From NCBI GenBank assembly GCA_965140585.1, contig OZ223265.1, forward strand, positions 320,001-384,000: a stretch of DNA of 64,000 nucleotides, given 5' to 3'. The DNA comes from Spirochaetia bacterium. Its GTDB lineage: Bacteria; Spirochaetota; Spirochaetia; UBA9216. Of the stretch, positions 56,243 to 64,000 are shown piece by piece. A program made the position numbers and the translations under genes. Position 1 is the first letter of the stretch. The number at the start of each line of letters is the position of its first letter. Below the pieces are notes generated by a model. That model ran no database searches and was not told where the DNA came from. It worked only from the letters and a program-made list of their open reading frames with translations.

Positions 56243-56505
56243 ATATCGGAGTTTTTACCGACAACCTTCCAGTACCGGCTAAAGCTGTTGTTGAAATTAT
56301 TGGAATTATCCTGATTGCTGTTCTGAATATTGTCTTTATCAAATACAGCCTTCCATGGATTTCCAAGGTAGGTGCATCCGAATCTCCTGTGCTTAGAATG
56401 CCCATGAAATACATCCAGATGAGCGTACCCCTGAGCTGCGGAATGTCAGTACTCTACTGCTTTTTCAACATATTTAAAATCAGAATCAGAGGAGCGCAAA
56501 GGTAA
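56243..56505 (+). pseudogene. 5'-truncated TRAP small permease (DctQ)
   Basis: Only the C-terminal half is present (IGVFTDNLP...SPVLRMPMKYIQMSVPLS); there is no start codon after the SD. Confidence 0.72.
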
Positions 56506-57779
56506 TGGCATTTCTGTTAATCAGTCTTACAATTTTACTAATTCTCGGAATCCCCATTGCATACTCACTTGGAATCTCCGGCTTTCTATATTTCACCATT
56601 CTCCAATCCGAACTGATATCAATACTGCCCCAGCGGCTGTTTGCAGGTATGCAGTCATATTCAATGATAGCATTGCCGCTGTTCTGCCTTATGGGTTCAC
56701 TTATGAACTCCAGCGGAATTACCGGAAGGCTTATCGAGTTCTGTCAGCTCTTTGTAGGAAGACTTCGCGGTGGTTTGGGTCTGGTTAACGTTTTTGCAAG
56801 CATGATCTTCGGCGGGATATCCGGTTCTTCAGTATCAGACACGGCTTCAGTTGGAGCCATACTGATCCCCGAAATGAATAAAAAGGGCTATTCACTGGAA
56901 TACGCAAGCGGAATCACGGTTGCATCTTCTACAATGGGCATGATTATTCCGCCGAGTGTACCAATGGTTGTCTACGCAATGGCAGCCGAGGAATCAGTAG
57001 GAAGACTCTTTCTGGGGAGCGCAATACCCGGAATAATGATCGGTCTGATAATGCTTGCCGTAACACTGCTTATAAGCTACATAAAACAGCATCCGCGAGA
57101 AGAAGTAAAACCGGGAGCTGCTGAAACTGCAGTAACCATTCAGCGTTCGATTCTGGCTCTGATAATGCCGCTTTTTGTAATCGGCTCGGTAGTTCTGGGA
57201 ATAGCTACAGCTACTGAATCGGCGGGTATCGGAGTACTGTATGCATTGATAATCGGGATGTTTGTGTTCAAAAGCCTTAAACTCAGGGACCTGCCTCCGC
57301 TTATTAGAGATGCAGCTTTTACAAGTGCCAGAGTCATGATTATTATCGCACTTTCAAAACTGTATATCTGGATTCTTGCCATCGAGAGAGTTCCTGAAAC
57401 CCTCGGCATGTTTGTATCAGGACTTGATATTCCGCCCTTTGTTGTTCTTTTGATAATTGATGTAATCATCCTGCTGGCAGGAACTTTTCTTGATGTTACC
57501 CCGGCCATACTGCTTCTTACCCCAGCGTTTCTTCCGATTGCATCGATTCTGGGTATCAATGCAGTACAGTTCGGTGTAATTCTAATATCAGGTCTTGCTG
57601 TAGGCCTTGTAACTCCCCCGGTCGGAATGTGTCTGAATGTAGCCTCTTCACTGTCCGGACTTGAAATAGGAACAATATTCAAGTCAGCGCTGCCCTTTCT
57701 TACCGCAAATCTGACAACTCTGGTTGTCATCACTTTTATACCGCAGCTTACATTATGGCTGCCGTCAATACTAATGTAA
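56505..57779 (+). CDS. TRAP transporter large permease (DctM)
   Basis: IALPLFCLMG, FGGISGSSVSD, IIPPSVPM, TATESA, VTPPVG. Confidence 0.93.
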   Translation: MAFLLISLTILLILGIPIAYSLGISGFLYFTILQSELISILPQRLFAGMQSYSMIALPLFCLMGSLMNSSGITGRLIEFCQLFVGRLRGGLGLVNVFASMIFGGISGSSVSDTASVGAILIPEMNKKGYSLEYASGITVASSTMGMIIPPSVPMVVYAMAAEESVGRLFLGSAIPGIMIGLIMLAVTLLISYIKQHPREEVKPGAAETAVTIQRSILALIMPLFVIGSVVLGIATATESAGIGVLYALIIGMFVFKSLKLRDLPPLIRDAAFTSARVMIIIALSKLYIWILAIERVPETLGMFVSGLDIPPFVVLLIIDVIILLAGTFLDVTPAILLLTPAFLPIASILGINAVQFGVILISGLAVGLVTPPVGMCLNVASSLSGLEIGTIFKSALPFLTANLTTLVVITFIPQLTLWLPSILM

Positions 57780-57794
57780 TCCAAGGAGTTCTAA

Positions 57795-58625
57795 ATGGAT
57801 ATTCGTTATCCGGTACATCCGGACCATGCTAAAAAAATGGAAACAACACAACTGAGGGATGAATTTCTTATCAGCAGCCTGTTCGTCGAAAACAATATAA
57901 GTCTTATTTACAGCCATTTCGATCGAATCATAACTTCAGGCATCGTGCCTGCAGGAAAAACCCTAAAACTTGAGGCCGGAACCGAACTTGCCAGTGATTT
58001 CTTCTTTGAAAGAAGAGAGGGCGGCATTATAAATGTCGGAGGTAAAGGCAGCCTTAATATTGACGGTAAAAGCTATAATATGGAGAAAAGCGACGGTTTC
58101 TATATTGGTATGGGGACCAGGGAGATTTCATTCACCAGTGAAAATCAGAAGGATCCGGCTAAATTCTACATGCTCTCAGGTCCGGCCCATGCAGCCTACA
58201 CTTCAAAATGGATTCCGCTTTCAGAAACAAAACAGGTAAAACTCGGGTCCCTGGAGGAATCAAACAAGAGGACTATTCATCAGTATCTGCATCCTGCGGT
58301 CTTAGAGACCTGCCAGCTCTGCATGGGTATGACTATACTTGAACCGAACTGTATATGGAACACAATGCCTGTACATACACATGAACGACGAATGGAAGTG
58401 TATTTTTATTTTGACATGGAGAAGGATACTGTCGTATTTCATCTGATGGGAACGCCTGATGAAACAAGGCACATTATTGTGCGAAACGAGGAAGCAGTAA
58501 TTTCCCCAAGCTGGTCTATTCACTCCGGTGCAGGAACAAAAAACTACACATTCATTTGGGGAATGGTAGGTGAAAACCAGACATTTACTGATATGGACGG
58601 TGTTTCAATGGAGAACCTGAAATGA
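57795..58625 (+). CDS. kduI: 5-dehydro-4-deoxy-D-glucuronate isomerase
   Basis: YSHFDRII, ERREGG, CQLCMGMT, WNTMPVHTHERRMEVYFY, SPSWSIHSG. Confidence 0.96.
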   Translation: MDIRYPVHPDHAKKMETTQLRDEFLISSLFVENNISLIYSHFDRIITSGIVPAGKTLKLEAGTELASDFFFERREGGIINVGGKGSLNIDGKSYNMEKSDGFYIGMGTREISFTSENQKDPAKFYMLSGPAHAAYTSKWIPLSETKQVKLGSLEESNKRTIHQYLHPAVLETCQLCMGMTILEPNCIWNTMPVHTHERRMEVYFYFDMEKDTVVFHLMGTPDETRHIIVRNEEAVISPSWSIHSGAGTKNYTFIWGMVGENQTFTDMDGVSMENLK

Positions 58626-59383
58626 TTCTTGATCAGTTTTCGCTTAAGGGGAAGACCGCTATCGTAACTGGCAGCTCGACCGGCCTCGGTCAGGCAATCT
58701 GCTGCGGGCTTGCGGAAGCTGGTGCAAATATTGCCGGAATAGGCAAAACCAGGCCAGAGGAAACCTCAGGAATGATCAAAAAGTCAGGCGGACAATTTGA
58801 ATGGATTGAAGCTGATCTGATCAGCACAGAACCGGTTGACAGGATAATCAATGAAACCCTCGAGGCCTTCGGTTCTATTGATATCCTTGTTAATAATGCA
58901 GGGATAATCAGACGGGAGGATGCAGTAGAATTCAGTGAAAAAGACTGGGATGATGTAATGAATATCAACCTTAAATCTTTATTCTTCCTGTCCCAGGCGG
59001 CGGGGAAGCAGATGATAAAACAAAACCACGGAGGGAAAATAATAAATATAGCTTCAATGCTATCATTCCAGGGCGGCATAAGGGTAGCATCCTACACCTC
59101 CAGCAAAAGCGGAGTTCTCGGATTAACCCGCCTGCTTGCAAATGAATGGGCTGCTCACAATATAAACGTAAACGCTATCGCTCCCGGATATATGGTAACA
59201 AACAATACCGAAGCACTGCGTGCCGATCAAAACAGGTATAATGAAATCCTTACACGAATACCAGCCGGACGCTGGGGAAACCCATCCGACCTTGCAGGAA
59301 CAGCGGTCTTTCTGTCGTCGGCAGCATCCGACTATATAAACGGTTTTACGATAGCAGTAGACGGAGGCTGGCTTTCCCGTTAG
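58622..59383 (+). CDS. kduD: 2-dehydro-3-deoxy-D-gluconate 5-dehydrogenase
   Basis: TGSSTGLG, NNAGIIRR, SMLSFQGGIRV, YTSSK, VDGGWLSR. Confidence 0.95.
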   Translation: MILDQFSLKGKTAIVTGSSTGLGQAICCGLAEAGANIAGIGKTRPEETSGMIKKSGGQFEWIEADLISTEPVDRIINETLEAFGSIDILVNNAGIIRREDAVEFSEKDWDDVMNINLKSLFFLSQAAGKQMIKQNHGGKIINIASMLSFQGGIRVASYTSSKSGVLGLTRLLANEWAAHNINVNAIAPGYMVTNNTEALRADQNRYNEILTRIPAGRWGNPSDLAGTAVFLSSAASDYINGFTIAVDGGWLSR

Positions 59384-59449
59384 GGGATAGCCGGCGCCCT
59401 GCCCTATGCAGAATTATCATTATTCTGTATTATCAACAGGCGGGTAAGC

Positions 59450-60211
59450 ATGGCAGCAAGTTATAATGTTCCGGTACTGGAAAAAACTTTTAATGTAATA
59501 AAATATATCTCCGAGCATGATGAAGGGCTTACACTCAGCGATCTGGTAAAAAAAAGCGGTATAGCCAAGACAACAGTCTATAAAATTTTATTCACACTTG
59601 AAAAAGAGCTGATTATAGAAAAACGGGGTGACAGATATTTTCTAGGCAGTATGCTTATTCATTACGGGCTTCAGACACTGTCGAGAAGAGATTTGAAGGC
59701 TGTAGTAAATCCATACCTTATTAAATTAATGGAAAAAACAGGTGAAACCGCACATCTGGCAGTACCGGTCGGCATGCAGTCAATGATACTGGATGTGGTA
59801 CTGACCACTCATCCTATTCGTTTCTCTTCACCGGTCGGAAGCCTCTTTCCGCTCTACTGCACATCCCATGGGAAGATATTTCTTGCAATGGAAAGCAATT
59901 TCACTCTTGATGAATACCTGACCGGCAACAGCATTCCTGCCAGAACAGAACATACAATAGTGACACACCAGCAGATGAGAAAGGAAACAGAAAAAATTCG
60001 CGAACAGGGATTCTCCCTTGATGAACTTGAATTTGCAGATGATATCAGATGCTGTGCGGCACCGATTTTCAATAGTGAAGGAAATTGTATCGGGGCGATA
60101 GGTATAACATCAACAGTCATTACGTTTACCGCTGAAAGAATTCCCGAGATATCACGGGAAGTGAAATCCGCAGCTGAAGAGATATCACTTAATATGGGAT
60201 ATAGAAAATAA
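59450..60211 (+). CDS. IclR-family transcriptional regulator (KdgR-like)
   Basis: VPVLEK...KTTVYKIL HTH, TGETAHL, PLYCTSHGK, CCAAPIF. Confidence 0.9.
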   Translation: MAASYNVPVLEKTFNVIKYISEHDEGLTLSDLVKKSGIAKTTVYKILFTLEKELIIEKRGDRYFLGSMLIHYGLQTLSRRDLKAVVNPYLIKLMEKTGETAHLAVPVGMQSMILDVVLTTHPIRFSSPVGSLFPLYCTSHGKIFLAMESNFTLDEYLTGNSIPARTEHTIVTHQQMRKETEKIREQGFSLDELEFADDIRCCAAPIFNSEGNCIGAIGITSTVITFTAERIPEISREVKSAAEEISLNMGYRK

Positions 60212-60298
60212 TCAGAATCGCAGCCTAATAATTTCTCAATGTATATTTTACTTAACGTTAGTATACTGGTATAATTCCACTCATGGAGGCGGCATAAA

Positions 60299-60715
60299 AT
60301 GGACCATGAACATCTTGAAAAACTTAAGGAAGAGCAGCTCCAGCTGCAGGAAGAGATAGCAGAATTCAACAAGGAAAAAGAAAGGATAAAAACCCTCATC
60401 GGGGGCATCGGGGGACAGACATATTCCAAAAGAGACAATATTATAAACATTGCCTTTCTGTTCCTGATTCTCACTTTTTTCATACTTGAAGTTACAACAC
60501 ACTGGCTTCCAAGTAACATCTCAATTGAAGTATCAATCCTGCTGGTATCGGTCAAGATTGTATGGATGATACATTCACAGCACAAATATAATCACTTTAT
60601 CTTCTGGATGCTTAATTCAATTGAATACAGAATAAATGAAACTACAAAAAAAACTCCGAGAGATAGACAAGAAAGTCAGCTGATAAAAAACTCGGAGGAT
60701 TACCAAAACGGCTGA
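60299..60715 (+). CDS. Hypothetical two-TM membrane protein (C-terminus possibly frameshifted)
   Basis: GGAGG SD; EKERIKTLIGGIGG, two TM helices, HFIFWMLNSIEYRIN; A8 tract at 60646-60653. Confidence 0.75.
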   Translation: MDHEHLEKLKEEQLQLQEEIAEFNKEKERIKTLIGGIGGQTYSKRDNIINIAFLFLILTFFILEVTTHWLPSNISIEVSILLVSVKIVWMIHSQHKYNHFIFWMLNSIEYRINETTKKTPRDRQESQLIKNSEDYQNG

Positions 60716-60725
60716 TAATGCTAAA

Positions 60726-61655
60726 TCAGCCTTTTTTTTTAGCTTTACCGGGAATCTGTATAAACATTATTGCTGCAAGAACAACGGCAATCCCCAGGTA
60801 GACCCAGAGATTGGCTCTTTCACCCAGAAGTATAACGGAGAGAACCACTCCGAATACCGGGACAAGAAACTTGAATCCTATAGCCTTTGTGATACCGATA
60901 ACATTCAGAGCCTTGTTGAAAATAATATTGGACAATCCCGTTGCAATCACGCCGATATAGAGCATCTGCAGCCATGAGACAGGACTTACATCTGTAAGGC
61001 TTCGAAAATCAGCTCCACCTGCAATTGCAGCAAAAAGAAGTACTATCGCACCCGATACTGAGGTTATCAAACTAGGAATAGTTGAGCCGTAGATATTTAT
61101 ATATTTTTTAAGGTAGACATAATGCAGACTGATAAAGAAGGCTCCCGCAAGACACATAAGATTGCCAATCAGATAATCATTTGCAAATGAAAGAGAGGTA
61201 AAGTCTCCCCTTGTAACAACCATTACAATTCCGAAGCATCCCAGAATAAGACCAAGCAGAGGCCGTGTTTTAATCTTATCTTTCAGAAGCACGGCTGCCA
61301 GAAAAACAGTAAAAACGGGCTGAGAATTGATAAGAATCGAACTGCTCGTTGCGTTTGTATAGCTGAGCCCGAAGCTCAAAAGCAGTGAAAAAAAACCTAC
61401 ACCGTAGAGGCCCAGAACTGCCATAACTGCAGCATCCCTGAAAACAAGCTTCTTCCGGCCCTCTGATTTTACAAAACAAAAAGGCAGAGTTGTCATTGAG
61501 GCAATAAAAAATCGAAGAAAGGCAGCCAGAAAAGGAGCCATGCCTGAATTGAGTACACTCTTAAGTGAGGGATGAATACCTCCCCAGGACAATGCACAGA
61601 GAGTAATAACAACTGACCATCCTATCATTTTTTTGTTTGACAGTTTCACTTCCAC
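60726..61655 (-). CDS. DMT/EamA family transporter
   Basis: About 10 TM helices, LSWG, FLRF, NSQPVF, LVPVFGV..ILLGE. GTG at 61655 after GGAG. Confidence 0.88.
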   Translation of the reverse strand: MEVKLSNKKMIGWSVVITLCALSWGGIHPSLKSVLNSGMAPFLAAFLRFFIASMTTLPFCFVKSEGRKKLVFRDAAVMAVLGLYGVGFFSLLLSFGLSYTNATSSSILINSQPVFTVFLAAVLLKDKIKTRPLLGLILGCFGIVMVVTRGDFTSLSFANDYLIGNLMCLAGAFFISLHYVYLKKYINIYGSTIPSLITSVSGAIVLLFAAIAGGADFRSLTDVSPVSWLQMLYIGVIATGLSNIIFNKALNVIGITKAIGFKFLVPVFGVVLSVILLGERANLWVYLGIAVVLAAIMFIQIPGKAKKKG

Positions 61656-61672
61656 AAAGACTCCATAGTAAT

Positions 61673-61703
61673 AAAAAGGGCAGAACAATAAGCTTGCCTG
61701 CCC
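61673..61703 (-). terminator. Intrinsic terminator after iolD
   Basis: Minus strand GGGCAGGCAA...TTGTTCTGCCC-TTTTT. Confidence 0.65.
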
Positions 61704-61751
61704 CGGTTATCATGATTATAAATCAATTATTAAATATTTTGCGAGATATTT

Positions 61752-63686
61752 TTAATACTTTCTGGCTTTCTTAAGCTCTTGCTTCATATTTCTGTTCAGG
61801 TTGACAATTTCGGGATTCTTTGCGACTTCTGCGCTGCCGACTCTCCAGAAAGCCTCATAACCATGAGTCATGGTTTTGGGAAGAACCTTGATATCAATTA
61901 AAGTGGATACTGTCTGCTTCTTAGCGTCTTCCAGCGCTGCAACGAGCTCATCCTCTGTTTTGGCAGTATAGGTTTTACATCCGTATGCGGCTGCGCTCAT
62001 TGCATAATCGATATTGATAAAAGGTCCGTCAAGTTTACCGGTTTCAGGGTTTCGATGCCTTGTTTCAGTACCGAAGCTGCCCTGACCGTGCTCCATCTGA
62101 AGATTATTGATACAGCCGAAGGAGGCATTATCCAGAAGAATTACATTTATCTTCCGGCCTTCCTGAACGGCGGTAACCAGTTCCGAATGAAGCATCATGT
62201 AGGAACCGTCTCCTACCAGCGCATATACTTCCTGTTCAGGACAGGCAAGCTTGACACCGAGTGCAGCATTTATTTCGTAGCCCATACAGGAAAATCCGTA
62301 TTCCATATGGTAGGTTTCAGGTCTTTTGGCCCGCCAGACTCTCTGCAGGTCTCCCGGAAGTGACCCCGCAGCACCCACAACAATTGAGTCATCGGCAAGG
62401 TTGGCATCAAGCAACCCTAAAACCTTGGTCTGAGTGAGTGCGGCACCGAACTGACTGTAGAACTCAGGCAGGATCTCATCACGCTGGCCGTCAACCTCCG
62501 GAACAAAGCCATCACCAGTAAAATCAATATCATAGAGTCTCTGAAGTTCAGCTGCCCATTTAGCACAGGCGTCTGAAATCTCGTTCTTCCAGCTGCTCTT
62601 ATAGCCTTCTGCCTTAAGCGCCTCAGTCAGCCTGGAAAGAGCTGTGCCGGCATCTGCGGTTACCCTGACAGCATCCATCTTGTAGCTGTCAAATGGCGCT
62701 ACATTTATATTTACAAACTTGACATCTTCATTCTGATAGAGCCATTTTGACGCTGTTGTGAAGTCGGTATATCTTGTGCCCACACCGATTACAAGATCAG
62801 CTTCAGGAGCAATAAGGTTGGCAGCAAGGTTTCCGGTTGTTCCGACACCGCCAAGATTCAGTTCATGATCCCATACAATTGCAGACTTTCCGGCCTGGGT
62901 TTCACCGAAGGGAATATTGAATTCCTCAGCAAATTTCCTGAATTCTTCGGCCGCCTCAGAGTAGCGAACTCCTCCTCCGCAGATAAGCATCGGCTTTTTA
63001 GCAGCCTTAACTGCTTTAACCGCATCGGCTATCATAGCATCAGTCGGCGGTCTTCTTTCTATTCTATGTACACGCTTTTCAAAAAAAGATTCAGGATAGT
63101 CATAGGCTTCACCCTCAACATCCTGCGGCAGCGCAACAGTTACTGCTCCGGTATCAGCAGGATCGGTAAGTACTCTTACCGCATTTATCATCGCGGTCAT
63201 AAGCTGTTCAGGACGGTTTACCCTGTCCCAGTACTGGCTTACAGCCTTGAATGAATCGTTTACGGTTACCGTATAGTCGCTGAACCTCTCAACCTGCTGT
63301 AGAACAGGATCCGGCTGTCTTGTAGCATAGGTATCGCCCGGCAGAAAAAGCACAGGGATTCTGTTTGCCGTGGCATTGGCTGCAGCGGTGACCATGTTTG
63401 CTGCACCCGGTCCGACAGATGATGTACAAACATAGATCTGCTTGCGAAGCATCTGCTTTGCAAACCCCATGGCGGCATGACCCATACCCTGCTCGTTCTT
63501 TCCCTGGTGAACGATAAGATCGCCCGCATCCTCTTCCAGCGCCTGTCCAAGACCTACTACGTTTCCGTGACCGAAAATTGTAAAAACCCCTCTGAACATC
63601 TTGTTCTGCTTTCCATCAAACTCAATCCACTGGTTATCGAGGAAACGTACAAGTGCCTGGGCTACTGTTAATCTTACTGTTTTCAT
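61752..63686 (-). CDS. iolD: 3D-(3,5/4)-trihydroxycyclohexane-1,2-dione acylhydrolase
   Basis: [56 protein letters not shown] (TPP motif). Start at 63686. Confidence 0.96.
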   Translation of the reverse strand: MKTVRLTVAQALVRFLDNQWIEFDGKQNKMFRGVFTIFGHGNVVGLGQALEEDAGDLIVHQGKNEQGMGHAAMGFAKQMLRKQIYVCTSSVGPGAANMVTAAANATANRIPVLFLPGDTYATRQPDPVLQQVERFSDYTVTVNDSFKAVSQYWDRVNRPEQLMTAMINAVRVLTDPADTGAVTVALPQDVEGEAYDYPESFFEKRVHRIERRPPTDAMIADAVKAVKAAKKPMLICGGGVRYSEAAEEFRKFAEEFNIPFGETQAGKSAIVWDHELNLGGVGTTGNLAANLIAPEADLVIGVGTRYTDFTTASKWLYQNEDVKFVNINVAPFDSYKMDAVRVTADAGTALSRLTEALKAEGYKSSWKNEISDACAKWAAELQRLYDIDFTGDGFVPEVDGQRDEILPEFYSQFGAALTQTKVLGLLDANLADDSIVVGAAGSLPGDLQRVWRAKRPETYHMEYGFSCMGYEINAALGVKLACPEQEVYALVGDGSYMMLHSELVTAVQEGRKINVILLDNASFGCINNLQMEHGQGSFGTETRHRNPETGKLDGPFINIDYAMSAAAYGCKTYTAKTEDELVAALEDAKKQTVSTLIDIKVLPKTMTHGYEAFWRVGSAEVAKNPEIVNLNRNMKQELKKARKY

Positions 63687-63702
63687 ATTCTCTCCCGCTC
63701 TC

Positions 63703-64000
63703 CTATTCAGCTTCCGAATACTTAAGTTCCGGCCAGATTTTGGCATCCTTTTCCTTAAGCCATTCATGGTCTTTTCTGAAGAATCTTGTTGTAGGAAGCC
63801 ATTTATCGCCGGGAAGGTGAGCAATCATCCAAATATAGTACATTGCATAACCGGCTGAGGCAACCTGTGAATGTGTCTTATCGGGAAAGATTAGACTTGA
63901 ATCTCCATCCTTGACAACATAGGCATCTTCTTCAAGAAGTGAAACACCGAAGCCCTGCTTCGGGAAAAAACGGTAATGATAAATTTCCGGATGCGGATGA
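63703..64000 (-). CDS. iolB: 5-deoxy-glucuronate isomerase, 3' part (runs off the window edge)
   Basis: Manual translation: [18 protein letters not shown]...[21 protein letters not shown]...[21 protein letters not shown]; directly upstream of iolD. Confidence 0.85.
   Translation of the reverse strand, partial: HPHPEIYHYRFFPKQGFGVSLLEEDAYVVKDGDSSLIFPDKTHSQVASAGYAMYYIWMIAHLPGDKWLPTTRFFRKDHEWLKEKDAKIWPELKYSEAE

Noticed and set aside
59854-60585. 243-aa minus-strand ORF and the many other antisense or alternative-frame ORFs (e.g. 19223-19867, 57140-57784, 44488-45129)
   Set aside because: Shadows of well-supported genes, with no recognisable motifs.
63687-63824. N-terminal extension of iolD, and similar extensions of gpsA, rhaA, rhaT, ectB and the 19994 lipoprotein
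   Set aside because: They overlap upstream genes or regulatory DNA; downstream starts fit SD position and family N-termini better.
1-64000. tRNA, rRNA, IS elements, integrases, prophage or defence genes
   Set aside because: No such motifs were recognised; coding density leaves little unexplained space.

Overview
Chromosomal window from a bacterium that is most likely a free-living spirochaete. This is inferred from the spirochaete-style lipoproteins, the group-X phosphofructokinase and the 'GGQQ/GGQKE' binding-protein N-termini; ectB and gpgS suggest an osmotolerant lifestyle. No rRNA, tRNA, CRISPR array or transposase was seen. The window holds housekeeping genes (pepF, gpsA, pfkA, lplA, an acyl-CoA ligase), a liv ABC operon, a ChvGI-like two-component system divergent from creD, a coaX-pdxS-pdxT operon, and a sugar island (rha, kduID with a broken TRAP transporter, iolBD). 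Two candidates look undescribed. (1) A compact RiPP-like operon at 41277-44304: an Asp/Thr/Ser-rich lipoprotein-like peptide, a nucleotidyltransferase, an S26 peptidase, an HPr-kinase-like kinase and a PqqD/RRE, with no lasso cyclase or radical SAM enzyme. (2) A leaderless Ala5 leader-peptide transcription attenuator upstream of an AlaA-like aminotransferase at 12724-12927. All calls come from reading motifs; no database searches were run.
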